A DNA stretch of 64,000 bases from a virus (Duplodnaviria > Heunggongvirae > Uroviricota > Caudoviricetes > Straboviridae), in IMG/VR virus record IMGVR_UViG_638275431_000001, positions 19,196-83,195 of that record; one strand, given 5' to 3'. The notes beneath the pieces were generated by a model that did no database searches, was not told the DNA's origin, and worked only from the letters and a program-made list of their open reading frames with translations. Positions 19,631-29,177 of this stretch are shown here, in pieces. The stretch's first letter is position 1. Each line of letters opens with the position of its first letter. A program made the position numbers and the translations under genes.

Positions 19631-19860
19631 TTTGCCACCATTATAACTTGTTTGGCGTTGTAGTCTATTGTTGCGTTATATATTTTGCCGTGGTGGGCAA
19701 AATATTTTGAATTTCCAATTTCAACTTCTTCTATATCAGGAAATGCCCAATAGATCGTGTTTTTGATTTGTTCATGATCTGTTGACAAAAGATTAACTCT
19801 GATATTGCCACCGATCACTCTGGTGAATTCTTTGGCATGATTATGTATATGCATACACAT
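19627..19860 (-). CDS. Hypothetical protein (77 aa)
   Basis: ORF only. Confidence 0.3.
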   Translation of the reverse strand: MCMHIHNHAKEFTRVIGGNIRVNLLSTDHEQIKNTIYWAFPDIEEVEIGNSKYFAHHGKIYNATIDYNAKQVIMVAK

Positions 19861-20046
19861 TCACATTGCAGGGATTATGGGTAAAATGGATTGATATTCT
19901 TGAAATGACAAATAAACATATTCAACTTGCGGGACAGAAAAAACTGAACGCAATTGGTTGATTGTTTCATTGTTTAGCGGATATTCGTATTGGTCATTAT
20001 TTTCTAGAGCTTTTTTGAATTCATTTCTTGTCAGTTTGATTTGCAT
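19861..20046 (-). CDS. Hypothetical protein (likely start MQIKLTRNEF)
   Basis: ORF only. Confidence 0.25.
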   Translation of the reverse strand: MQIKLTRNEFKKALENNDQYEYPLNNETINQLRSVFSVPQVEYVYLSFQEYQSILPIIPAM

Positions 20047-20281
20047 TACTTTCCCACTCCGCTTTTGACATAACGATATGACCCCATTCAATAGAAACAA
20101 TAAAGAGTCGTAAACGATTTAACTTATACCCGTTGTACATTTGGCCCCAATATGATGGAAGATGTCCGAATTCTCCATCAATTGAAAAATATTTTACCAG
20201 ATATGAATTTTTCCATTCATAGATTATTTTCTTTTTATACAGCCATTCTTGTTCATACCACTTGATAATTTTATTAAACAT
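20021..20281 (-). CDS. Hypothetical protein (86 aa, W/Y-rich)
   Basis: ORF only. Confidence 0.3.
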   Translation of the reverse strand: MFNKIIKWYEQEWLYKKKIIYEWKNSYLVKYFSIDGEFGHLPSYWGQMYNGYKLNRLRLFIVSIEWGHIVMSKAEWESNANQTDKK

Positions 20282-20326
20282 GATTTCTCCAATGTTAAAT
20301 GCCCTCTTCGGAGGGCATTTAAACGA

Positions 20327-21808
20327 TTACTTAATTGCAGTGCGCTGGCGGATTTCAGCCAGATTGCTCTTGAATTTTTGACCTTTTTCAGCGTCATAAT
20401 AACGGACGAATGCATCTTTCGACATAAGTTCAACAAAACCGTCTTTGATGCTTACACCGGACAGCATTTGCCCACCTTCAATAGTTCCTTCGGTATAATA
20501 GCGGCCGTCATCCATGACTCGCAGTTTGAGCTGGCCTTTCTTGGAAGCTTTCCATTCAGCCCCTTTCGGGCATTTGAATACGTCTTTCCATACACCATTG
20601 ATTTTGATAGCAGACATTTTCATGGCCCACTTGCAAGTGTCGCGGTTAACCATTTGCAGAAGACCGCCACCCATGCCGAACGCAATATTCTCTGCAGCCC
20701 CAACCCACGAGCTTTTCATAACAGTCAGAACACGGCCGATAACTTCGGGACCGTCGATGCCATCACCTTGAATAATGCGGCAATGCTTATTCAGAACCTT
20801 GTAGCCCTTGCTGTTGGTTTCATAACCGAAGATTTCACCCAGAGTTTCCAGAGCAAAACTGATATTGTCGATCATATCACCACTGTCAGGTCGAGCGATC
20901 AGAGTACCACCCTTGGTGATGACTTCGTCCTTATAGCTCTCGATTTCACGGATTGCCTTCTTGAAATCAGTAGAGTCATCCACAATGGAATATGCACCAA
21001 CACCAAAGAGTTTAACCGAGTTGAGGTAGGCGTCTTTTTCACGATCGGCACCCCAAGAGGTTACAGTGGAGTGCTCGCGGGCTGGTACAGAGATGCCTGC
21101 CATTTCGGCGCCAAACAGTTGTTTTGCGAAATACAGCGACTCGAAAGTGTCAGTACCCATAGAGTTGTACAGATGAGCACAACCGCCGATTGCAGCAGAT
21201 TCACCAGAACTAACGCCGCGAGAACCAAAATCATGTAGTCGGGTCATCAGCACAAAGTGGAACTCAGGACTGCCTACTTCCAGGTCAGAAGTTTCAATCA
21301 GATGGTGACGAATAGATTTGATGCATTCGCGGCTCAGCGTGGCAACAGTAGAAGTGTACCAAACAGCTCGCAAAATGATTGGCTCAAACCAGCCTGCCAA
21401 CCAAACGAACGGTGCTTTAACGCGAGCAGTCAGCACGACGTTCTTGACTGGGACAACAGTGCCTTCGGGAACAGCATCAATTTGGATGGGCAGACAGCCA
21501 TGCTGTTCTTGATATTGGCGGACTGCTTCCCAACCTTCGCGGTTGAATACGTCTTGGCCGAAGTGAGCCTTGCTCATGGCATCCATTTCGTCAATATCAT
21601 CTTTGGTGATGATTTCTGCAAACTTGGTCAGCAGATATTCCACACCACCGATAACGATTTCATCGAATTTGCCGCCACGGGCTTCGATGTAGAAAACTGC
21701 TTCTTCGGTACCTTCAGGCATCTGGTTCCAATGGGTGATTTTGTAAGAATCAGTCATTGCGATCAGCGGGATACCTTTCACACCTGTAGGTTGACGAATC
21801 ATATTCAT
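20327..21808 (-). CDS. nadV: Nicotinamide phosphoribosyltransferase (NAMPT, NadV)
   Basis: 493 aa, type II PRTase/NAMPT family (GGGLLQ..., DSGD motifs), as in Vibrio phage KVP40 NadV. Confidence 0.85.
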   Translation of the reverse strand: MNMIRQPTGVKGIPLIAMTDSYKITHWNQMPEGTEEAVFYIEARGGKFDEIVIGGVEYLLTKFAEIITKDDIDEMDAMSKAHFGQDVFNREGWEAVRQYQEQHGCLPIQIDAVPEGTVVPVKNVVLTARVKAPFVWLAGWFEPIILRAVWYTSTVATLSRECIKSIRHHLIETSDLEVGSPEFHFVLMTRLHDFGSRGVSSGESAAIGGCAHLYNSMGTDTFESLYFAKQLFGAEMAGISVPAREHSTVTSWGADREKDAYLNSVKLFGVGAYSIVDDSTDFKKAIREIESYKDEVITKGGTLIARPDSGDMIDNISFALETLGEIFGYETNSKGYKVLNKHCRIIQGDGIDGPEVIGRVLTVMKSSWVGAAENIAFGMGGGLLQMVNRDTCKWAMKMSAIKINGVWKDVFKCPKGAEWKASKKGQLKLRVMDDGRYYTEGTIEGGQMLSGVSIKDGFVELMSKDAFVRYYDAEKGQKFKSNLAEIRQRTAIK

Positions 21809-21810
21809 AA

Positions 21811-22467
21811 TTAAGCCCCAATTGAGTTTTTGATAATTTTCATGTTGTCTTCGACTTCTTTACGTAGTGCTTGCAACTTGGCGATTTCACAGTCGATTTC
21901 TTTCAGCCGCTTAGAGCCAAAGTTGAGTGCACCTCGAATTGTGTGAATAGCTTTTCCGATCGCTTCAGAAAAGAAGATGCTTTCGCAAATTTCTTTCTCG
22001 GTTTCGAGATTAACAGGTTCTGCCGATCGTGCCTCTTCGACATTGTTTGCATCTTCAGCAACAGGCTTGACGTGTTCAATTTCGCTCAAGATGATGCTAA
22101 ATTTAACTATTTGATTTCTGCCATTTTCAGAAATATCAATTTTTACAACGGCCCCGTAATGCCTAAGCAGTTCTAGTCTCGCTGCAAAACAATCTGCTTC
22201 AAACACTGTGTTGAGCCAAATAATTCCTTTAACCGTGACGGCGTTTTCGGCATCAACATTAAAGTAGTTTGGTTTGATTTTGGAGATGCCATTGTGTTTA
22301 CCCAGAGCCGATGTGGGCATCAAATTTGGCAAAATATCATTTACCAGCTTCATGAAGTGGTGATAATTTGCCAGCCGTTCAGTTACAGGCTTATAGGTTT
22401 TAAAGCGATTATTGGAAGTATCCCGACGATTTTCCAAAAAGTTCTTAACTGCCGCATAATAATTCAT
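21811..22467 (-). CDS. Hypothetical protein (218 aa)
   Basis: ORF; start overlaps the stop of the upstream peptide. Confidence 0.4.
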   Translation of the reverse strand: MNYYAAVKNFLENRRDTSNNRFKTYKPVTERLANYHHFMKLVNDILPNLMPTSALGKHNGISKIKPNYFNVDAENAVTVKGIIWLNTVFEADCFAARLELLRHYGAVVKIDISENGRNQIVKFSIILSEIEHVKPVAEDANNVEEARSAEPVNLETEKEICESIFFSEAIGKAIHTIRGALNFGSKRLKEIDCEIAKLQALRKEVEDNMKIIKNSIGA

Positions 22468-22613
22468 TCACAAATTCTCGCAATAATGGTTGAACCGATA
22501 ACTGCCATTGCACATCCGAGAACGGCGTAAGCATTTCCGATATACATCGAATAAAACAATGCAAATGACGCTATGTACCCAATGTTGATTGCAGCAGCTT
22601 TGATGGACATTTA
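22467..22613 (-). CDS. Small hydrophobic peptide (48 aa, MSIKAAAINIGYIASFALFYSMYIGNAYAVLGCAMAVIGSTIIARICE), immediately downstream of a PeSL cassette
   Basis: RBS ACGGAGTAATTTAAATG shared with other PeSL copies; below the ORF-finder size cutoff. Confidence 0.4.
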
Positions 22614-22628
22614 AATTACTCCGTTCGT

Positions 22629-22673
22629 TTATTGATGGGAACATTATAACCAATGTTCCCATCACTGTACACT
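22629..22673 (-). promoter_or_regulatory. PeSL-like cassette: sigma70-type promoter (TGTACA-17-TATAAT) overlapping the hairpin TGATGGGAACA..TGTTCCCATCA
   Basis: Read on the minus strand. The GATGGGA...TCCCATC palindrome and downstream RBS are shared with the copies at 24110, 30558 and 47701. Confidence 0.55.
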
Positions 22674-22683
22674 AGCCTTTCAA

Positions 22684-23355
22684 TCAAATATTGAATTTTT
22701 CCGAAAGATAGTCGCGAACATATTGTCGTTTGTTTTGGAGTTTATCTTGCAATTGCGCAAGTTCTCGAGAAAGAACGTCGATTCGTGACTCAAGTGCCGG
22801 GATTTCTTCTAGCAGTTTATCGACACTGATATTATCTCTCATGATATCAATCTCTTCGGTAGTCGCGTAATGAATGTTTTCAGGCTTAAGATGAGCCGGC
22901 TTTGCACGAAGTTCGGTATTCCGACGGTTCCGATAGCGATTCAACACAGGCAAAAATAAATTCATTCCTCTCGCACGAATTTCAATTTCAAGAAGCCGTG
23001 CGAGCATCAATACGCCCTTGTCATTAGAAAACACCAATTCACCAACTCGCGAGACACCTCTCTCATACACGTATACGGTCATGCCGGCGTTGGCTTTACA
23101 CGGTGGAATATGGTTTTCTCTCATAATTCGGTCAATTTTGTGCCAAAACCATGCCGGAATCCTGGCGGTTTTTTGATACGTATTATTCCATGCTGCCGTT
23201 GTTTCAGCATTGAACATTTTGCAAACAAGATTAAGCCAATCGCGATCGTGTTGTTCAGATTGTAAGGTGTTCAAAAAATTGCGAACATGAGCAATGTCGT
23301 TGTGACGTCGGCGTTGGTGTTTACGTTGAGAACGAAGGGTAGATTTTCCACTCAT
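22684..23355 (-). CDS. Hypothetical protein (223 aa)
   Basis: ORF only. Confidence 0.4.
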   Translation of the reverse strand: MSGKSTLRSQRKHQRRRHNDIAHVRNFLNTLQSEQHDRDWLNLVCKMFNAETTAAWNNTYQKTARIPAWFWHKIDRIMRENHIPPCKANAGMTVYVYERGVSRVGELVFSNDKGVLMLARLLEIEIRARGMNLFLPVLNRYRNRRNTELRAKPAHLKPENIHYATTEEIDIMRDNISVDKLLEEIPALESRIDVLSRELAQLQDKLQNKRQYVRDYLSEKFNI

Positions 23356-23645
23356 GCTTTGTCTTCCTTATCGGTAATAACTACAATAGCCTTGGCGCTT
23401 TCGGAAACATAGTCGTCTACCATAAACACTGTGATTTCGTCGGAAACGTGACATTTCCGGAGAATTTCATAGCAGAGCGAACAATCATTTTCGGAAATAC
23501 CCAGCTTGTCATGCAGAAATATAAATCCGTCTTTCACCAGCCAATATTCTTTAGCGAAAATCTCAAGTTCACCGACTTTATTACCGATGAGCGATTCAAC
23601 TTGGAGTTTGCTTTCCAAGTATACTTTAACGATATTCAGTTCCAT
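23352..23645 (-). CDS. Hypothetical protein (97 aa)
   Basis: ORF only. Confidence 0.35.
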   Translation of the reverse strand: MELNIVKVYLESKLQVESLIGNKVGELEIFAKEYWLVKDGFIFLHDKLGISENDCSLCYEILRKCHVSDEITVFMVDDYVSESAKAIVVITDKEDKA

Positions 23646-23843
23646 TTAATGCCCCAAAACGAACATTTTGTTGATAATATTCAACCCAGTTTGGTCAGTT
23701 AAACCAATACCGCCTTTGACAATCATTGTGTCTCATTGTGTCTTTCATATTATCATTGAAGAAATCATCAAAATGCACAGATACGGAATTGACGATTTCT
23801 GTGGAGTTCTGTGCAACCATTTTTGCCATTTCGGCAGCTTTAA

Positions 23844-24095
23844 TCATTTCATCAGTCCCTTTTTCATAAAGAGGAAAGTTGCGCCAGCGATAATACCAAC
23901 AATGAAGATTTTACGAGCCATATCGATATCGCCAATAAAGCACATTGCAGCTCCTACTCCAACGATTCCTACGGTAATACCGGCGGCAATGGTTTCGAAT
24001 CGGGTAATTTTAACCTCTTTGGTTTCTGTCGCTGACTTAACGACACGGCCAACGAAATCCATGGATTGCAGGTTAGTTGATTTAGTGATTTTCAT
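23844..24095 (-). CDS. Small membrane protein (MKITKSTNLQ...; one TM helix). The ORF-finder start at 24137 lies inside the PeSL hairpin
   Basis: RBS AAGGAG 6 nt before the internal ATG. Confidence 0.4.
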   Translation of the reverse strand: MKITKSTNLQSMDFVGRVVKSATETKEVKITRFETIAAGITVGIVGVGAAMCFIGDIDMARKIFIVGIIAGATFLFMKKGLMK

Positions 24096-24109
24096 GATGT
24101 ACTCCTTAG

Positions 24110-24155
24110 TTGATTTGATGGGACTATAGTAAATCATAGTCCCATCAATGTAAAC
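24110..24155 (-). promoter_or_regulatory. PeSL-like cassette (TTTACA-17-TACTAT promoter plus hairpin GATGGGACTAT..ATAGTCCCATC)
   Basis: One of three near-identical copies (24110, 30558, 47701). Confidence 0.55.
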
Positions 24156-24158
24156 CGT

Positions 24159-24404
24159 TTAGTCTACTTTTTCACAAAACTTTTCAAACTCAAAGGAGGT
24201 AAAAGGAAACCAACCTTCTTTCGAAGAAACAATTTCTTCAAGAGTTTTACCATCGAAAATACTTTTAACTTGACTGTGCTTGTTGATTCTGGCAATAAAA
24301 ATTGTGTTTGCGCTGAAACCTACTGCCCAAATGTGGCGGCTGAACCGAGTAGTATACTCAGTCAGCATTTCCTTACTTTTGAATTTAAAGCGAATCAATT
24401 TCAT
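24159..24404 (-). CDS. Hypothetical protein (81 aa)
   Basis: ORF only. Confidence 0.35.
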   Translation of the reverse strand: MKLIRFKFKSKEMLTEYTTRFSRHIWAVGFSANTIFIARINKHSQVKSIFDGKTLEEIVSSKEGWFPFTSFEFEKFCEKVD

Positions 24405-25378
24405 TATTTGCTCTCCAGATATTCTTTCATTGCTTCAGCGTAAACCTGTTCTACAAACGCTTCCCATGGCCCCATGTCCACTTTATCGGGCATTCCATTA
24501 TTTGATGCCTCTTTAGCGGCTGTATCAACATTTTCAACTATTTCTTCGAGGCGTTCTTTAAAAAAAGAAAAAGACAGTTTGCCAGCTTTAACCAGTTTGA
24601 TTTCTTCGGCATCAGCCAATGGATACTTCAAATCGCCAGTTTTGTAAATTTCAAGCAATTGAAGACCGCCTCGCACTGCATGGCTTAGAGCTTTCCAGTC
24701 GATACCTTCATTTGCTTCGGCTTTGCGAGCTCGATCGCCGTATTCGGCCCAGAGCTTGTCGACTGCCCCGCAGAATTCAGTGATCTTAACACCAGCCATG
24801 TACTTACGACCCATCATGGTGTAATACGACATGGTGTCGGGATTTTCTTCAATGTGAGTCCAGAAGCAGAACTCGTTTTGCGGCAGAGGAACTTTGAGGT
24901 CTCGCAGCCTTGGGTTTTCATGAATCTGAAGAGCATCCATGAACTCTTTTACTTCTCGTAATGCGGCTAAACGAGAACCTTTAACACCGTATTTTGCCGC
25001 TTGCTTCATAACATAACCCATATAGGAAGTCATATTGGTCGTGTAGAAAGCAGACCGGTTTTGATGGATATATTGCCAAACAGACGAGTCGGTGATGATT
25101 TTGTCTTTTGGAGAATGCAACATATCCAATGCATAGGTTTCGCCCTTGGCCGCATCCAGGATGAATTGTTGGAGCGAAAACATTTCGATATCAACATCAT
25201 CCTTGCTGTTCTTGGACTTATCGTTGCCAGTTGTGATGGAATAGCTTCTTTTGGCTCGGCCAAGCAGAATATCTTTGGGGTCGGGGATGAAAATGCCTTT
25301 CATATCCAGGTCAGATTCAGGAGTATTGAGGCCGTAAAGATGAGAGCCGTGAAGGCCCTCAAAAACTACTTTTTGCAT
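24404..25378 (-). CDS. Pol-beta superfamily nucleotidyltransferase of unknown specificity (324 aa)
   Basis: GLHGSHLYGLNTPESDLDMKGIF matches the hG[GS]x(9-13)DhD catalytic signature, similar to the AadA/ANT-like N-terminus; alpha-helical C-terminal domain. Confidence 0.5.
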   Translation of the reverse strand: MQKVVFEGLHGSHLYGLNTPESDLDMKGIFIPDPKDILLGRAKRSYSITTGNDKSKNSKDDVDIEMFSLQQFILDAAKGETYALDMLHSPKDKIITDSSVWQYIHQNRSAFYTTNMTSYMGYVMKQAAKYGVKGSRLAALREVKEFMDALQIHENPRLRDLKVPLPQNEFCFWTHIEENPDTMSYYTMMGRKYMAGVKITEFCGAVDKLWAEYGDRARKAEANEGIDWKALSHAVRGGLQLLEIYKTGDLKYPLADAEEIKLVKAGKLSFSFFKERLEEIVENVDTAAKEASNNGMPDKVDMGPWEAFVEQVYAEAMKEYLESK

Positions 25379-25538
25379 AATTTCTACCTTAAGATAATTT
25401 CATGTCATATGCTTTAAGTTGATCACGATCGTTGTGGTTAACGAAAACTGATCTATGATAATCAGCATCCCAAGCAATTAGAGAACCGTCTTCTGCGATG
25501 AATTTAACCACATATCGTTTATCATGATTGTGATCGTC

Positions 25539-26597
25539 CTAGATACCAGTGAAGCGCGAAATGATTTCAGCATGATCGTCAAACATACGGGCCCGATTTC
25601 TCTTGTATTCATGCATTGGCATCCAAAATGCTGCTTTTGCATCATCGTCAGCACGAACTTCGGGCAAACTACCATCGTCATTAGGTTGAAGTACGATATA
25701 ATAAGCAACAGTCGGTTTGCAGAACTCTGCCGTTCTCTTCGGGTGATCAAATACTTCGTGCGCTTTTATAGACCCAATGATTTTTTGACGATCGACATCA
25801 ATCCGAACTTCTTCATACAATTCGCGAATTGCGCAATCACGGAAGGTCTCATTGGAATTCTTGTGACCGCCTGGAAGAGCAAGAGCGCCTTTGCCTGGAG
25901 CATGTTTGCGACTAATAACCAGAATATGGTTGTTGCAAGTTACTACGGCATCTGCAGTATTACAGTTGAGAGCATCAGCGTATGGATAATCTTTAAACTT
26001 TGCAAGTTCATTGTCCCACATCGCACGTTCTTCCATCAAACGGTCGCGTATTTCGGAGCCTTCAGTATTCCAAAATTTCAAGAGAAACGACCGCACTGAC
26101 GGGTTGATAGGGAAATCATCATGGATAGCACCGGTTCGAAGAAATTCGTCACGCATTGGGGTATTTGAGATGTCTTTTCCGTGATTCTGAACGCCCATGC
26201 ATTGAATATGTTCCCACCCGAAGGTTTTGATCCAATAAGAATCTTCATCCTTATCGTATGCAATCATCGCCACCCGCTCACCCGGTTGCTCTCGCGCAGC
26301 TTCACGAACTTCTGTTTGCCAGCGATCTTCATTATAGCGGTAGTCAGGAACATTGCCGAAAACAATTCTTGCCTGTTCGCTAGGAGTGAGATTGTTACTC
26401 ATCCATTCTTTGAACATTCTGATTCGAATCGGCGTTGGAAGCGGGTTGATCGTGTTTGGATAACAATGGGATGACCCAAAGACAACAGCAACAGTTTCTG
26501 CAGTTTGAAGTGCTTTATAAATCAGAATTTCGTGCCCGCGGTGGAAAAAGCTGGAAAAGCGGCCAATAACAACAGCACGATCATAATCATAAACCAT
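25539..26597 (-). CDS. natV: Bifunctional NMN adenylyltransferase / Nudix hydrolase (NatV-like)
   Basis: N-terminal (H/T)xGH motif GRFSSFFHRGH; C-terminal Nudix box GGHKNSNETFRDCAIRELYEEVRI. Confidence 0.8.
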   Translation of the reverse strand: MVYDYDRAVVIGRFSSFFHRGHEILIYKALQTAETVAVVFGSSHCYPNTINPLPTPIRIRMFKEWMSNNLTPSEQARIVFGNVPDYRYNEDRWQTEVREAAREQPGERVAMIAYDKDEDSYWIKTFGWEHIQCMGVQNHGKDISNTPMRDEFLRTGAIHDDFPINPSVRSFLLKFWNTEGSEIRDRLMEERAMWDNELAKFKDYPYADALNCNTADAVVTCNNHILVISRKHAPGKGALALPGGHKNSNETFRDCAIRELYEEVRIDVDRQKIIGSIKAHEVFDHPKRTAEFCKPTVAYYIVLQPNDDGSLPEVRADDDAKAAFWMPMHEYKRNRARMFDDHAEIISRFTGI

Positions 26598-26598
26598 A

Positions 26599-26832
26599 TC
26601 AATAACCTCGACGAATCAGTGTATTAATTTCTATCTGATTTTGACGCCATTCGATGTTAGCGCATCGAACTAATCCTGCCGTGATAAACAAGTCGACAAA
26701 CCAGCCAAGGCCAAACAGACCGCAAGTAAAAAACCAAATAACTCCGGTGACGTAATTTCTGGTGTAGAAACGGTGAATACCAAAAACACCCAGAAAAAAC
26801 CAAAGAACATACGCTAAAGCTGTAGATTTCAT
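26599..26832 (-). CDS. TM2-domain small membrane protein
   Basis: Two TM helices with GIHRFY...GLFGLGWFVD motif. Confidence 0.5.
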   Translation of the reverse strand: MKSTALAYVLWFFLGVFGIHRFYTRNYVTGVIWFFTCGLFGLGWFVDLFITAGLVRCANIEWRQNQIEINTLIRRGY

Positions 26833-27201
26833 TTATACCAACCGTTCAAGACGTTCAAGGCGATTTTCAAGTTTAGACATGCGTTCCCGCAAGGCTGCGT
26901 TTTCGGCGAGCAATTGATCAACATCATTATTTTCCAATATCTTCTGAGATATCTCATGAGCAACATCTTCAGAGCTTACTTCTTCCAAATATTCTTTTAC
27001 TTCGATGGCGAAGAACACAGGAAAATACTCTGGAAACAAAGTAATGCCGTTGATTTCGAAAAAAATCTCGTCGATAGCATCCTGTGACATAGCTGCGTAA
27101 AATGTCTGATCGCATACACTATTAGCAATAGTTTTATTAGTGTCGCTTACAGCAGCAAATTTATGACGAGCTTCAGCAGATTTAAAACGATATCTTTTCA
27201 T
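26833..27201 (-). CDS. Hypothetical coiled-coil protein (122 aa)
   Basis: RBS GGAGGAA; leucine-rich heptads at the C-terminus. Confidence 0.4.
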   Translation of the reverse strand: MKRYRFKSAEARHKFAAVSDTNKTIANSVCDQTFYAAMSQDAIDEIFFEINGITLFPEYFPVFFAIEVKEYLEEVSSEDVAHEISQKILENNDVDQLLAENAALRERMSKLENRLERLERLV

Positions 27202-27240
27202 AATTCCTCCAAATGGCCCCCTAAAGGGGCCACGATCATG

Positions 27241-27633
27241 TCAGTGATACACTTTGTGCGATTTTTGCGCAGGTTTAACAAGTTCTTGAGTAGCAATTAC
27301 TTCATAACCATACGCTTCGAGCTCAGCACATACCGTAATCCAAGGGCCGCGACTCATTGCGAAGTTGACATCCAGAATAATGGTGCCAAAGCGGTCGAAA
27401 TAGCCAAGATCTTTGAACATTTCGGGAGTTGCAGGTTCCACACAAGTAACGATGTCATAGCGGTTTTTGATAGCAGGATTCTGAATACTAAACATGTTAA
27501 CTCGATGTTCCAGCACAGATGGATGTTCTTTGGAAGAAACGATGAGAACTGGATGATTCATTGCTGCCATGTATGCAGATTTGATTGCTTCAGCGGTTTT
27601 ACCTTCACCAGCAGACTTAAGGATAATTTGCAT
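27241..27633 (-). CDS. Small P-loop-like protein (AGEGKT ... ILDV), 130 aa
   Basis: Walker A/B-like motifs; a possible paralog is at 41800..42255. Confidence 0.35.
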   Translation of the reverse strand: MQIILKSAGEGKTAEAIKSAYMAAMNHPVLIVSSKEHPSVLEHRVNMFSIQNPAIKNRYDIVTCVEPATPEMFKDLGYFDRFGTIILDVNFAMSRGPWITVCAELEAYGYEVIATQELVKPAQKSHKVYH

Positions 27634-27742
27634 ATTTTCTCCAATTAGTTATCGCTTCGCGATCGAGCTTCGCTCGAGTTTCTATTTCTAGTTTTTATTC
27701 TAAACCATTGTACTGGTAATATACACCAAAATGGCTAAAGCG

Positions 27743-28054
27743 TTACACAAACTGCCAGCGTGTGCCGTGTTTGCTTTTGTGAGGTTCTACTTCACTCACC
27801 GAAACGATCATTTCGGCGAAACCCATAACGTCTTCGTTGTTTTCGTTGACGAATTGAGCTCTATGCCGCTCAGAATGAATTGCGATAGTATAGCCCATTT
27901 CTTTATGTTCGTAAACAGTGAATTCACGCTCAAATGAAAGCCCATAGGACCACCCAGGTTTGCGCACAATTTTCCAAATAGGCGGAATCTTGAATTCCGA
28001 TGCTTCCACGCCTATTTGTTTCGACAACTTGTCGATTTCCTGATGTATAGGCAT
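27743..28054 (-). CDS. Hypothetical protein (103 aa)
   Basis: ORF only. Confidence 0.35.
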   Translation of the reverse strand: MPIHQEIDKLSKQIGVEASEFKIPPIWKIVRKPGWSYGLSFEREFTVYEHKEMGYTIAIHSERHRAQFVNENNEDVMGFAEMIVSVSEVEPHKSKHGTRWQFV

Positions 28055-28056
28055 TT

Positions 28057-28263
28057 TTAAATCACAATATAGTTGAGTTCAAGATCTTCATAACCATCAT
28101 CGTAATAACAGTCGTTTGTACGCCATTCTTCGGCAGCGGTATCATCTAAGAGGATTTCAACCACCCCGTCGTTCCAGCGCCAGGTTTCAGACCAGATTTT
28201 GCCGTCATACACCCAGACAACTACAAACTGACCATTTTTGGGCATTTCATTAACGTGTTTCAT
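28057..28263 (-). CDS. Hypothetical protein (68 aa)
   Basis: ORF only. Confidence 0.3.
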   Translation of the reverse strand: MKHVNEMPKNGQFVVVWVYDGKIWSETWRWNDGVVEILLDDTAAEEWRTNDCYYDDGYEDLELNYIVI

Positions 28264-28351
28264 TGGTTGTCTCCGTTGGTTGATTATGATAACATTCTAA
28301 ACTCGTTTAACGTAAGAGTACAACCATTTCGAATTTTATTTTAAATGGATA

Positions 28352-28380
28352 CAAAAATGCCCTGGTGTGAACCAGGGCAT
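28352..28380 (-). terminator. Rho-independent terminator (atgccctggtgtgaaccagggcat plus U-run)
   Basis: Hairpin plus T-run. Confidence 0.6.
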
Positions 28381-28385
28381 TCGAA

Positions 28386-28766
28386 TTAGTGCAATGATAG
28401 TTTATACATTGTCATACGACAAAGCTCTTGGATATCATCTGAGGTGTTTTTGAGAACCGTATTAGGTGCACTGGCAGATACTTTTTCTGCCATCTGGGCA
28501 AGCTCGTTGACAAATGACTCAAAGGTTCCATTATAAATGGACAGTCGCGGTCGATATGTAAATCCTGAACCCATATATGATTCAGCGAAAATATCAATCA
28601 ACCCTGGCATATTGTCATAGAAATATTCGTACGCTATATGCTTTTCGTACGACTTTGTCATAAAGTGCGCAGAATGCGCGTATGTGCTTGACATTAAACA
28701 AGCACCAATAAACTCATCAAAAATGCTTGTTTTCCCGGTTACAACATCACCGAATCTTACTTCCAT
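28386..28766 (-). CDS. Hypothetical protein (126 aa)
   Basis: ORF only. Confidence 0.35.
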   Translation of the reverse strand: MEVRFGDVVTGKTSIFDEFIGACLMSSTYAHSAHFMTKSYEKHIAYEYFYDNMPGLIDIFAESYMGSGFTYRPRLSIYNGTFESFVNELAQMAEKVSASAPNTVLKNTSDDIQELCRMTMYKLSLH

Positions 28767-29148
28767 GACCTTCTCTCTTTGTTATGAATGTCTTTGCTTC
28801 AAGATATCCAGTTTGATAACAACTCGAAGAGCATTTAACGGATTTCCATTTATCGTTCAAATGCTCAAGAAATTCAACCGAATTATCTAGAGATGGCACT
28901 ATTTCGTTGCTATACACTATATTTAAAGCGCCGCGCATGTACTCATCATAAGACCCACTTTCAGGGTCCGCCTCTACAAAGTGCATTGAAGCTAAAACCA
29001 ATGCGATTATTGAAAATGTTTTTAACATACGACAAATGGGCCATTGGCCCCTCCTTGATGGTATTAAACAAAGGCAAAGCCTATTTGATGCCTTTGTCTT
29101 TACCGCACACTGGTTTAACCAATATGACAAGGCATCTAGCCAATCCAT
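28747..29148 (-). CDS. Hypothetical secreted/membrane protein (133 aa; hydrophobic segment)
   Basis: ORF only. Confidence 0.35.
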   Translation of the reverse strand: MDWLDALSYWLNQCAVKTKASNRLCLCLIPSRRGQWPICRMLKTFSIIALVLASMHFVEADPESGSYDEYMRGALNIVYSNEIVPSLDNSVEFLEHLNDKWKSVKCSSSCYQTGYLEAKTFITKREGHGSKIR

Positions 29149-29177
29149 GGCTTTATACTCCTATCATATTTAACGCA

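Noticed and set aside
20249-21238. 329-aa plus-strand ORF (and 21257..21814) opposite nadV
   Set aside because: Antisense to a strongly supported NAMPT gene; low-complexity translation; typical shadow ORF in a GC-balanced region
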